A stretch of DNA of 64,000 bases from positions 9,415 to 73,414 of the forward strand of contig JAVEYS010000002.1 in NCBI GenBank assembly GCA_034003345.1, in the 5' to 3' direction. The DNA is from Bacteroidales bacterium (GTDB taxonomy: Bacteria > Bacteroidota > Bacteroidia > Bacteroidales > VadinHA17). Under the pieces are notes generated by a model, which did not search any database, had not been told where the DNA came from, and saw only the letters and a program-made list of their open reading frames with translations. This document shows, in pieces, positions 37,084 through 46,290 of this stretch; the stretch's first letter is position 1; the number at the start of each line of letters is the position of its first letter. Made by a program: the position numbers and the translations under genes.

Positions 37084-39102
37084 TTGAAAAAGAGATTCTA
37101 CGATATTGATCCATGGCTTGATCCTTTCAGGAGTACTATTGAGGCACGGCTGACCTATTTAGAGGAGAGGGAAAAGCTTATTACCAACGGCCGCAAGCTG
37201 TCAGACTTTGCCAACGGGCATCATTGGTACGGTCTGCACCATACTGAAAAAGGATGGGTCTTCAGGGAACATGCCCCCAACGCCACAGGTATAACCCTCA
37301 CCGGGACTTTTTGTGAATGGAAGGAAGATGACCGTTACATACTTCACAGAACAGGTGATGGCGACTGGATTGGTGAGTTTGGTGAAGAGATGATGTCACA
37401 TGGTGACCTGTATAAGATGCATGTCAGGTGGAACGGTGGCAGCGGTGAACGAATACCTGCCTATGCCACACGTGCTGTCCAGGATGACGTAACAAAGATT
37501 TTTTCTGCACAGGTATGGCACCCTTCAGAGGGCTACGTCATGAACGAACCCTCACCGCCTCCGCCGGCATCACTCCTCGTTTATGAGGCCCACGTTGGTA
37601 TGGCTACGGAGGAAGAGAGGACAGGCACCTACCGTGAGTTCACCACAGATATCCTTCCCCGAATTAAGAACCTGGGATACAACACTATACAGTTGATGGC
37701 CATACAAGAGCATCCCTACTACGGCTCTTTCGGTTATCATGTATCAAGCCTCTTTGCTCCATCATCAAGGTTCGGCACAGCTGACGAGCTGAAAGAACTG
37801 ATTGACACTGCTCACGCTATGGGCCTCAGGATCATAATGGACCTCATCCACTCTCATGCCGTGGCCAACACCCTTGAAGGGCTGGGCCTTCTTGACGGTG
37901 ACCCGGGGCTCTATTTTCATTCGGGGGCAAGACGTAAACATGTGGCATGGGACTCGCTCTGTTATGACTACGGCAAGCCCGAGGTAAACCATTTCCTTCT
38001 CTCCAACTGCAAATACTGGCTTGAGGAGTTCCATTTTGACGGGTTCCGGTTCGACGGAATAACAAGCATGCTCTATTATGACCACGGCCTGGGAGCTGAC
38101 TTCGTCTCGTACAAACAGTATTATGACGGCAATCAGGATTCCGATGCCATCGTCTACCTCTCCATGGCCAACAAGCTCATCCATGAATTCAATCCCGGAG
38201 CCACTACCATTGCCGAGGAGATGAGTGGTATGCCCGGTCTGGCCGCACCTGTTGACACCGGCGGGATAGGATTTGATTTCAGGCTGGCTATGGGCGTGCC
38301 TGACATATGGATCAAGATGGTAAAGGAGATACCCGATGAGAACTGGGATCTGGGCTACCTGCTTCATGAGCTCACCCAGCACCGCCCTGAGGAACATGTG
38401 GTATCTTATTGTGAGTCACACGACCAGGCCCTTGTAGGCGACAAGACGCTCCTCTTCAGGCTGGCAGACAAAGAGATGTACACCTCAATGAGCATACAGA
38501 CGCCAAGCCTGATCATTGACCGCGCCTTGGCTCTGCATAAAATGATTAGACTCTTCACCTTCATGGCTGCCGGTGGCGGCTACCTGACTTTCATGGGTAA
38601 TGAGTTCGGCCATCCTGAGTGGATAGACTTCCCCAGAGAGGGTAACGGCTGGAGCTATAAGTATGCCCGGAGACAGTGGAGCCTGTCTGACAATAAGCTT
38701 CTCAGGTACCGCTATCTGAATGAGTTTGACAGGGCTATGTTAGAGACTGGCAGACGTCATGGTATTCCGCAGCTGCAGATGACAGAGGCGCTGACTGTCA
38801 ACAATGCAGACAAGATTATTGCTTTCCGCCGTGGTGATCTGCTTACGGTGATGAACTTCAATACTTCCGTATCATTTACCGATTACGGGATACCCGTTAA
38901 AGGTAAGTTCCGGATAGTCCTCAGCTCAGACGACCCGCTCTTTGGCGGACAGGGACGCATTGACACTAACCAGCCCTATTTCTCATTGCCAGACCAGGGT
39001 CACTACGGCGTTACAGCACCGCATCACCTCAAACTGTACCTCCCCGCAAGAACTGCAATAGTAATGTGGCAGGAGAAGATCAAGACCATAATGGACCTTT
39101 AG
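37084..39102 (+). CDS. glgB: 1,4-alpha-glucan branching enzyme (GH13, eukaryote-like subgroup)
   Basis: 672 aa with GH13 conserved regions IMDLIHSHA, FDGFRFDGITSM, IAEEMSG and CESHDQA, plus GNEFGHPEWIDFPREGN typical of branching enzymes. TTG start per the track. Confidence 0.88.
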   Translation: MKKRFYDIDPWLDPFRSTIEARLTYLEEREKLITNGRKLSDFANGHHWYGLHHTEKGWVFREHAPNATGITLTGTFCEWKEDDRYILHRTGDGDWIGEFGEEMMSHGDLYKMHVRWNGGSGERIPAYATRAVQDDVTKIFSAQVWHPSEGYVMNEPSPPPPASLLVYEAHVGMATEEERTGTYREFTTDILPRIKNLGYNTIQLMAIQEHPYYGSFGYHVSSLFAPSSRFGTADELKELIDTAHAMGLRIIMDLIHSHAVANTLEGLGLLDGDPGLYFHSGARRKHVAWDSLCYDYGKPEVNHFLLSNCKYWLEEFHFDGFRFDGITSMLYYDHGLGADFVSYKQYYDGNQDSDAIVYLSMANKLIHEFNPGATTIAEEMSGMPGLAAPVDTGGIGFDFRLAMGVPDIWIKMVKEIPDENWDLGYLLHELTQHRPEEHVVSYCESHDQALVGDKTLLFRLADKEMYTSMSIQTPSLIIDRALALHKMIRLFTFMAAGGGYLTFMGNEFGHPEWIDFPREGNGWSYKYARRQWSLSDNKLLRYRYLNEFDRAMLETGRRHGIPQLQMTEALTVNNADKIIAFRRGDLLTVMNFNTSVSFTDYGIPVKGKFRIVLSSDDPLFGGQGRIDTNQPYFSLPDQGHYGVTAPHHLKLYLPARTAIVMWQEKIKTIMDL

Positions 39103-39103
39103 A

Positions 39104-42100
39104 TCAGTCCACCCACCTCAAAAGACAGAAGTCCTGCCTGTGAGGAAGCTCACTGTGCCTGGCATAGATACGTATGCCGTAGAAGAATGTGCCGGCCATC
39201 TCAGGCTGTAATTCAACACTGTAGATCACTCTCCCCTTCTTCTGGCTCACATACCTGAACTCACTGCTCGTGTAGAAGACATGTTCACCGTTCTTCATCT
39301 GCCTTGTGACCACCATCTCCACCCCCACATTCTCATGTGGTATATCCTTTATGTCAAGTACTATCTGGGTAGTGTAACTATGACCGGAACGATAGACATT
39401 CTTTGCTGCCTCTTTCATGTCAAACCGGACAATCGTGATCTCGTCCCATACTTTGGTAATATGACTCTTCCACACTGTAAGCTCACGGGCCAGGGCATAG
39501 TTATCAGCTGTCATCCGCTTGCTTCTCTCCCACAGTTTTCTGTAATACTTCTCCATATAGTCATTGAGCATGCGCCGGGAGGTGAACTCCGGGGCTACTT
39601 TGACCATCGTGTTTTTGATGTAACTGGTCCATTCACGTGGGATCCCCTCCTCGTCTCTTGAATAGTATGCCGGAATTATTTCAAATTCAAGCATATTATA
39701 TATTGTCTCGGCATCAACATCATCCTGCAGATCCTGGATAGCATAGGTACGCTTCCGGGGTATTGCCCATCCTGCAAAGGCATGATACCCTTCAACCCAC
39801 CATCCGTCAAGCACACTAAAGTGTAGCGTTCCGTTCATCACGGCCTTCTCTCCACTTGTTCCCGATGCCTCCAGTGGCCGTGTAGGTGTGTTCATCCATA
39901 TATCAACACCACGCACAAGAAAACGTGCCAGATCCATATCATAATTCTCCAGGAAGAGGACCTTTCCTGCAAACTGAGGCATCTGTGATACTTCGTTTAT
40001 CCTTTTTATCAGTTCCTGGCCGCCGCCGTCATTCGGATGGGCTTTCCCGGCAAAGATGAACTGCACCGGTCTCTCCGGGTTATTGACGATCTTTGACAGC
40101 CGGTCAAGATCGCGGAATAAAAGAGTGGCTCTCTTGTAGGTGGCAAACCTCCTGGCAAAGCCTATGGTGAGGGCCTTCTCATTGAGGTGAGAGCTGATAT
40201 TCATCAGTGTACGGGGACTGACGTGCCGTTCGAGCATGTCAGACTGAAGACGCTTGCGGATATTATCAAAGAGACGTTTTTTAAGCTTCATCTTTGTCTC
40301 AAACACCTTGCTGTCATCAAGCTGATATATCTTGGCCCACTGTTCACGGTCGCACTGGTCAAAGTGCTTCTGGCCCGTCAGCTTTTCAAACTGTTGTTCC
40401 CATTCAGGTGCTACCCATGTAGAATAGTGTACTCCGTTTGTAACATACCCTATGTAAAGCTCATCGCGGAGATAGCCTGGCCACAGCTTAGCGAAGAGAC
40501 CCCGGGAGACACGGCCGTGCAGCTGGCTCACACCGTTCATCTCCTGCGACAGCCTTGTTGCAAGATAACTCATATTGAACTTGCGGTCATGATCATCACT
40601 GCAGCGTCCCAATCCCATCAGCTGATCCCATGTAATATTGAATCTGGCATGATAGTGCGATATGTATTTCCTCAGCAGATCCTCTTCAAAGGCATCATGC
40701 CCGGCAGGAACAGGAGTATGGGTAGTGAACAGGGTGGATGCCCTTATTATCTCCATGGACTCTTCAAAGGTGAGGTGTTCATCTTCAATAAGGTGACGCA
40801 TTCTTTCAAAGCCAATGAATGCCGAGTGGCCCTCATTACTATGGTAGACATCCGGCTTTATGCCCAGGGCAATAAGGGCACGCATGCCCCCGATGCCCAG
40901 GATCAGTTCCTGCTTGAGCCTGTTCTCAGAGTCACCCCCGTAAAGGTAATGAGTGATAGCCCTGTCTTCAACAGTGTTCTCCTCAAAATCAGTATCAAGG
41001 AGGTATAATTTAACCTTGCCTACCGGCGCCAGCCATATGTGCGCCTTGACAGTACGCCCGGGCCATGTTAACTGTATTGTAAGCGGGTTGCCATTGTCGT
41101 CTTTTATCAATTCAACAGGCAACTGCGAGAAATCCTCCGCCTCATATATTGCCTGCTGCTCACCCTTCGGCCCTAGTTTCTGCCTGAAATAGCCATACCG
41201 GTAAAGCAAACCAAAGGCAGAAATATTAACGTTTGAGTCACTGGCCTCCTTGAGATAGTCACCCGCCAGCACACCAAGACCTCCCGAATAGATCTTAAGG
41301 CTCGGGTGGATCCCAAACTCCATGCTGAAATAGGCAATGGAAGGTGTTTCTGTATTTTCAGGCCTGGCCAGATAGTCGGTAAACTCCTTATAAATCCTGT
41401 CTGCGTCTCCCAGGAAGGTCTCATCGTCTGACAGCACCACCAGGCGCTTGTAATCAATCGATTCAAGCAGCCTTTTCGGGTTGTGACCAACCTCTTCCCA
41501 TAATGTGGGATCCATGCGGCGGAAGAGGAACTCCGCATCGCTGTTCCATGACCACCACAAATTGGAGGAGAGCTCCTTCAGGTAACCAATGCGCTCAGGC
41601 AGCTCCGACTGCACGTATATATCCTTCCAGACAGGTGTCTGGAACGGTTTCCTTACCTGAACCTCTGTAGCCTCAAGAATACGTGCATACTCCCTTGGCT
41701 GATCAACTCTCTCCTCACTGTTCTCCAGAGCGTACTGATAAGCCTCCGAATAATAGCGGAAGAGAGTGTTCCAGTTGGCAATCCTCGATATCTCCCAGGC
41801 CTTCTTCCTGGCAGCTGTAGCTTCTTCCTGACTAAGGTGGATGAACCTTCGGATGAACTCTTCCATCCCGGCTATGACCTCCTTCTCATTGTCATCAGTG
41901 CGGTTCAGCACCATGCATCCGTTCCCGGGCTCTTTAAAATAGCTGTCAACCCACATGCCAAACCCGGCCAGGTTTGTGGTGACCGTCGGTACGTGAAACA
42001 TGAGGCTCTCCAGCGGGGTGTATCCCCAGGGTTCATAGTATGAAGGGTAGAGTGTAAGGTCAAATCCTATGAGCAGGTCATAGTATGCCATGTTGAAGAC

Positions 42101-43333
42101 GCCGTCATTACCATTGAGATATGAAGGCACGAATATCACTTTAACCTTCTCGTTTACCGAGTTACCTATCCCCTCGCTCACCAGCTGTTTCATCACCGGG
42201 TCATCATTGACATAGTGCAGCCCGTGTGTCAGGTATCTGTCACCTTCAGTCACGAATGTGCCGTTACTGAGGGCAGTGGTAAGATCCTGCCTGGGTCCTT
42301 TGTGATAGGCCGGGACGAGGATGAATGCCACGCATTGTCTCTCCTGGTCAGTATTCCTGTTTATTGCCCCCAGCGAAGAGAGGAACAGGTCGATACCCTT
42401 GTTTCTGTATTCATACCTGCCGCTTGTTGAAACCAGGAGAGTGTCGGATGGAAGCTCATATCCGAGCAGGGCACCTGCAACTGAGAGTAGTTTATCTCTT
42501 GCTGCCTGCCGTGCTTTCTCAAAGTCCTCCTCTGCCGGGACAAAAGAGTCCTCGAACCCGTTTGGAGTAATCACGTTGGGCTTCTTACCCAGAAAAGCTT
42601 CACATTCGCGACCGGTGATCTCACTGACGGTGGTGAAGACATCTGCAACAGAGGCGGTGATCTTCTCAAGAGACTGTTTGGAAGTCACATTGAACTCATG
42701 AGCTATCTGCACCGCGTTGAAATCCTTCAGGCGACTGTAGAGATGTCTGTTATTCCCGGCTATGCTGCGGCCAAGCACCGTTGCATGCGTTGTGAAGGCT
42801 GTGGTGATCCACGGCGCCTGCTTTTCAAGGTACAGTACGCCCATACCGGTCATCCATTCATGAAACTGTGCTATGACCCTGGGGTATTCCCGATAGAAAT
42901 TTGTAAAGCTTTCTATGACTTTGGCAGCAGCAAAACCGAAAAGTGCCGGCTCAACATAATCCCATTGTCCTGATATGCTGTCAAGCTTGTAGGTCTCCCA
43001 GAAGCGGGCAAATATCTCATTCTGCTGACCAAAATAAGGGGTGAAATCGACAAGCATCACACGGGGATTACCCTTTATATTCCATCGCCCTGTCTTTACG
43101 ATCATCCCCTCCTGTGAGGCAACCGCCTTCCATGACGCGAACATTGTGTCATCAGGGGTGAACTCCGGGTTCGACTTGTCATCACGCCACACATCGGGGC
43201 CTATAAGAACATAGTTATCGCCGAACTCCTTTGTAACATTCAGCGCCTTGGTTGAAATCACTGTATAAATACCACCTACCTTATTGCATACTTCCCAGCT
43301 TGTCTCAAACAAAAAATCAGCTTTCTTCTCCAT
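39104..43333 (-). CDS. Fusion protein: GT3-type glycogen synthase (N-terminal about 560 aa) plus GT35 alpha-glucan phosphorylase (C-terminal about 840 aa)
   Basis: A single uninterrupted ORF of 1414 codons. The N-terminus FETSWEVCNKVGGIYTVISTKA matches the eukaryote-type (GT3) glycogen synthase signature. From about residue 580, LPERIGYLKELSSNLWWSWN...AYFSMEFGIH...GGLGVLAGDYLKEASD...EASGTSGEKAVMNG (PLP-Lys context) matches alpha-glucan phosphorylases. The track start 43348 is TTG, so I used ATG 43333 (MEKKADFLFE). Confidence 0.8.
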   Translation of the reverse strand: MEKKADFLFETSWEVCNKVGGIYTVISTKALNVTKEFGDNYVLIGPDVWRDDKSNPEFTPDDTMFASWKAVASQEGMIVKTGRWNIKGNPRVMLVDFTPYFGQQNEIFARFWETYKLDSISGQWDYVEPALFGFAAAKVIESFTNFYREYPRVIAQFHEWMTGMGVLYLEKQAPWITTAFTTHATVLGRSIAGNNRHLYSRLKDFNAVQIAHEFNVTSKQSLEKITASVADVFTTVSEITGRECEAFLGKKPNVITPNGFEDSFVPAEEDFEKARQAARDKLLSVAGALLGYELPSDTLLVSTSGRYEYRNKGIDLFLSSLGAINRNTDQERQCVAFILVPAYHKGPRQDLTTALSNGTFVTEGDRYLTHGLHYVNDDPVMKQLVSEGIGNSVNEKVKVIFVPSYLNGNDGVFNMAYYDLLIGFDLTLYPSYYEPWGYTPLESLMFHVPTVTTNLAGFGMWVDSYFKEPGNGCMVLNRTDDNEKEVIAGMEEFIRRFIHLSQEEATAARKKAWEISRIANWNTLFRYYSEAYQYALENSEERVDQPREYARILEATEVQVRKPFQTPVWKDIYVQSELPERIGYLKELSSNLWWSWNSDAEFLFRRMDPTLWEEVGHNPKRLLESIDYKRLVVLSDDETFLGDADRIYKEFTDYLARPENTETPSIAYFSMEFGIHPSLKIYSGGLGVLAGDYLKEASDSNVNISAFGLLYRYGYFRQKLGPKGEQQAIYEAEDFSQLPVELIKDDNGNPLTIQLTWPGRTVKAHIWLAPVGKVKLYLLDTDFEENTVEDRAITHYLYGGDSENRLKQELILGIGGMRALIALGIKPDVYHSNEGHSAFIGFERMRHLIEDEHLTFEESMEIIRASTLFTTHTPVPAGHDAFEEDLLRKYISHYHARFNITWDQLMGLGRCSDDHDRKFNMSYLATRLSQEMNGVSQLHGRVSRGLFAKLWPGYLRDELYIGYVTNGVHYSTWVAPEWEQQFEKLTGQKHFDQCDREQWAKIYQLDDSKVFETKMKLKKRLFDNIRKRLQSDMLERHVSPRTLMNISSHLNEKALTIGFARRFATYKRATLLFRDLDRLSKIVNNPERPVQFIFAGKAHPNDGGGQELIKRINEVSQMPQFAGKVLFLENYDMDLARFLVRGVDIWMNTPTRPLEASGTSGEKAVMNGTLHFSVLDGWWVEGYHAFAGWAIPRKRTYAIQDLQDDVDAETIYNMLEFEIIPAYYSRDEEGIPREWTSYIKNTMVKVAPEFTSRRMLNDYMEKYYRKLWERSKRMTADNYALARELTVWKSHITKVWDEITIVRFDMKEAAKNVYRSGHSYTTQIVLDIKDIPHENVGVEMVVTRQMKNGEHVFYTSSEFRYVSQKKGRVIYSVELQPEMAGTFFYGIRIYARHSELPHRQDFCLLRWVD

Positions 43334-43398
43334 ATATCTAATAATCAATTAATACGCCTTAACGCATGAAAGTTAAACAATCATTTGACCCTCAACAA

Positions 43399-44988
43399 TT
43401 ATTTGTTGCCGGCCTTTTTCCTCACTGCTGTTGCTTTTGAGGCACTCTTCTTTATTGCAGGTTTTTTTGCCGCAGGTTTCTTTGCCGCAGGTTTCTTTGC
43501 CGCAGGTTTTTTTGTTACAGGTATTTTATCTGTGAATTCCTTTGCCGTAGTCTGCTCCAAAGCAGCCTTTTTGGTTGTGCTCTTCCTTGAGATGGTTTTT
43601 ACCGGTGCGGCTTTGTTAGTGGTGGCCTTTGTTGCCCCGGCCTTTCCCCGTCCGACACTCTTCTTCCCGGATTTCACTGTTTTCTTCTCATACTTAGTAA
43701 GCTTTTCCTGCAGTTCCCGTATGAGATGGTCCTTCGTATCTATTGATGCTGACAGGCGGTTAACCTCCTCATCATGATCACTAACGGGGCATAATTTTGT
43801 AAGCCTGATCTCGAAATCACTCAGCACGTTCATGTAGTTCATGAAGGCCTGGTACGGATTCTCATATGGATTAAAATAGGCATGCACGGCCCCATCAGAG
43901 AAGAATTTCGTTGACATATAATAAAAATGATCACTCGACTGAAGGTATACCCAGTCACGCATCAGCTGCTCGGAATTGCATTTACCTATCCTGTCAGCCA
44001 TGCTGTAGAGCTTTGTCACGGCAGCAGTCTGGAGTTCGTTACCCATCCATGCTGTCAGGTCTCTCTCCTCATCAGCCCATGAGATGGGAGAAGGAACGTG
44101 CAGCAGGGATACAGGCTGATAGTTATCGGCAACCTCCGAAACGGTCATGAAGTTGAAAGGTGACTTCCTGATGATAACATCGGGAAAGGCTTTAAGGAAA
44201 TTGAAAATGCCTGTATCCTTACTATGGTGTTCACCAAATGTCTCATAATCCATGAAAATGTTCACTATCTCTGAGGCAGGGGCCAGTCCTTTTATCCATG
44301 AGGCATACTTCTCTGCCGTGAGCGGATAACTTGGCCACTCTTTGTTGGAGAACCGGAACGCTATATCATCACTCAGGGTGTAGTTGCGCAAGAGCACCTT
44401 CAGTCTGGGGTTGATGGCATTGCAGTACAGGTAGTTGGGCGACTTCCATCCGAGGATATGTTTTGCTCCTTCCGTAACAGCGGCCTTGTATCCCATATCG
44501 GCCATCCAGCTGCCTATCTCGTCGGAATAGATAAGCTCGGTATTCCTTATCGATGTCGGGGTGTAGCCAATGTGCTCGATCATCTTTTCACGGTGAACCT
44601 TAACCTGCATCTCATATCTCTCTCTGCTCATCAGTGAGGCCAGGGAATGCGAATTGGTCTCGGCAAGAAACTCAACACAGCCTGTCTCTGCCAGCTCCCT
44701 GAATGAGTCAAGCACCTCCGGGGCATAGAGCCTGAACTGATCAATGACAATACCTGACAGTGAGAATGTGACTTTGAACTTGCCTTTGTGCTTGTTAATG
44801 AGATCAAGGATGATCCTGTTTGCCGGCAGATAGCAGTTAGATGCTATCTTACGCAGGATCGACTCATTCATGAAATCGTCATAGTAATAGTGTTCATGGC
44901 CCATCTCAAAAAACCTGTAGCGTCTGAGTCTGAAGGGCTGATGAACCTGAAAATAGAGGCAGATAGCCTTTTTCTGTGGTGTACTCAT
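43399..44988 (-). CDS. GH57-family alpha-glucan-active enzyme with coiled-coil and histone-H1-like Lys/Ala/Pro tail
   Basis: The sequence from M24 (MSTPQKKAICLYFQVHQPFRLRRYRFFE...) is typical of GH57. The ATG at 44988 overlaps the upstream stop (ATGA). The last 95 or so aa are K/A/T/P-rich and include KKPAAKKPAAKKPAAKKPAIKK. Confidence 0.8.
   Translation of the reverse strand: MSTPQKKAICLYFQVHQPFRLRRYRFFEMGHEHYYYDDFMNESILRKIASNCYLPANRIILDLINKHKGKFKVTFSLSGIVIDQFRLYAPEVLDSFRELAETGCVEFLAETNSHSLASLMSRERYEMQVKVHREKMIEHIGYTPTSIRNTELIYSDEIGSWMADMGYKAAVTEGAKHILGWKSPNYLYCNAINPRLKVLLRNYTLSDDIAFRFSNKEWPSYPLTAEKYASWIKGLAPASEIVNIFMDYETFGEHHSKDTGIFNFLKAFPDVIIRKSPFNFMTVSEVADNYQPVSLLHVPSPISWADEERDLTAWMGNELQTAAVTKLYSMADRIGKCNSEQLMRDWVYLQSSDHFYYMSTKFFSDGAVHAYFNPYENPYQAFMNYMNVLSDFEIRLTKLCPVSDHDEEVNRLSASIDTKDHLIRELQEKLTKYEKKTVKSGKKSVGRGKAGATKATTNKAAPVKTISRKSTTKKAALEQTTAKEFTDKIPVTKKPAAKKPAAKKPAAKKPAIKKSASKATAVRKKAGNK
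43457..43516 (-). repeat. In-frame 15-bp tandem repeat x4 encoding (KKPAA)n in the GH57 tail
   Basis: On the plus strand the units read gcaggtttttttgcc / gcaggtttctttgcc / gcaggtttctttgcc / gcaggtttttttgtt. The reverse complement encodes KKPAAKKPAAKKPAAKKPA. Confidence 0.9.
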
Positions 44989-46289
44989 AATTCTTTGCTT
45001 GTCTGTTTCAAAACCCCGCAATAAATATCTTTCACATGGCTGGCCGCCTTCTCCCATTTCAGCTTGTCAACCTCCTCCTTGCCGTTCATAATGAACATCC
45101 TTGAGAGTGCCGGATATGTCAGTATCCCGTAGATGGCATCAGCCATGGCCTCTATATCCCAGAAGTCTACCTTGACAGCATGGGTTAGCAGCTCAGCCAC
45201 ACCGCTCTGTTTGCTAATGATAACAGGGACGTTCGACTGCATGGCCTCCAGGGGTGATATGCCGAATGGTTCTGATACTGAGGGCATAACATAGACGTCA
45301 CTCATTCTGAGCATGGTAAAGACATCATTACCGCGGAGGAAGCCCGTGAAGTGGAACCTGTCAGTGATCCTGAGGGCAGCTGCATGGCGTATCATGCGTT
45401 CCATCATGTCTCCGGAGCCTGCCATGACAAACCTGACATTGGGCATTCGTGAAAGAACCATCCTGGCAGCTTCAATAAAGTATTCGGGACCTTTCTGCAA
45501 AGTGATACGGCCAAGGAAGGTCACTATCTTATCATCATAGCCCCTCTCGGGTATGTCAAGCTCTGTATGGTGAGATGGCTCAACGGCATTGTATACCGTC
45601 ACCACCTTGTCGGGATTGATGTTATATTTGCTTATTACAATCTCGCGTGTGAGATTGCTCACTGTTATTATCATGTCTGCAGCGTCCATCCCCTCCTTTT
45701 CCATATTATAGACAACAGGATTGACATTTCCGCCGCTGCGGTCGAAGTCAGTAGCATGAACATGTATCACCAGGGGCTTGCCTGACACAGCCTTGGCAGC
45801 TATACCTGCAGGATAAGCGAGCCAGTCATGGGCATGGATAATATCAAACTCCTGCTCCGAAGCAATAACCTGAGCTACAATAGAATACTTACGTATCTCA
45901 TCCATAAGCGTAGCCCCGTAATTACCGGTGAAATCTACCTTCCCCTGATCATTGGTATTTACCAGGACATCAGTATCAGCCAGCTCCCCTCGGGTCATCT
46001 TCCAGAAATCCTCCGGATCAGTATAGGGTACCAGTTTCGAGAATACTTCAATCTTTTCAATTGGTTTAAGAAAATACTTGTACTTGACCTTCTTAAAGGC
46101 GACCTGGATAGTGTTGGCCCCTATCAGTCTGACAATGCTCTGATCTTCATCACCATATGCTCTGGGCACGACAAAGGTTACCTGGACGTCCTCCTGGGCT
46201 GCAAGACCGCGGGTAAGACCGTAACTGGCCGTTCCGAGTCCTCCTGCAATATGGGGAGGAAACTCCCAACCAAACATCAGAACACGCAT
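44985..46289 (-). CDS. GT4-family (group 1) glycosyltransferase in glycogen cluster
   Basis: 434 aa beginning MRVLMFGWEFPPHIAGGLGTA, with a C-terminal GT-B EX7E region (SEPFGISPLEAMQ). The donor and acceptor are unknown. Confidence 0.75.
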   Translation of the reverse strand: MRVLMFGWEFPPHIAGGLGTASYGLTRGLAAQEDVQVTFVVPRAYGDEDQSIVRLIGANTIQVAFKKVKYKYFLKPIEKIEVFSKLVPYTDPEDFWKMTRGELADTDVLVNTNDQGKVDFTGNYGATLMDEIRKYSIVAQVIASEQEFDIIHAHDWLAYPAGIAAKAVSGKPLVIHVHATDFDRSGGNVNPVVYNMEKEGMDAADMIITVSNLTREIVISKYNINPDKVVTVYNAVEPSHHTELDIPERGYDDKIVTFLGRITLQKGPEYFIEAARMVLSRMPNVRFVMAGSGDMMERMIRHAAALRITDRFHFTGFLRGNDVFTMLRMSDVYVMPSVSEPFGISPLEAMQSNVPVIISKQSGVAELLTHAVKVDFWDIEAMADAIYGILTYPALSRMFIMNGKEEVDKLKWEKAASHVKDIYCGVLKQTSKEL

Positions 46290-46290
46290 A

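Noticed and set aside
37765-38397. 210-aa antisense ORF inside glgB
   Set aside because: It is a shadow ORF opposite the GH13 catalytic core, with no recognisable features.
40187-41008. 273-aa antisense ORF inside the synthase-phosphorylase fusion gene
   Set aside because: It is fully contained in a gene with strong family motifs on the other strand. The sequence is low-information, with no start context or motifs. It is a typical shadow ORF.
43457-43516. CRISPR-like appearance of short tandem repeats (also 9678..9737 and 63772..63849)
   Set aside because: The units are 15 or 39 bp, contiguous without spacers, and in frame within coding sequence. No cas genes are present.
43385-43777. 130-aa plus-strand ORF with FFAAG repeats
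   Set aside because: It is the antisense reading of the KKPAA repeat tail of the GH57 gene, so it is a repeat-driven open frame.
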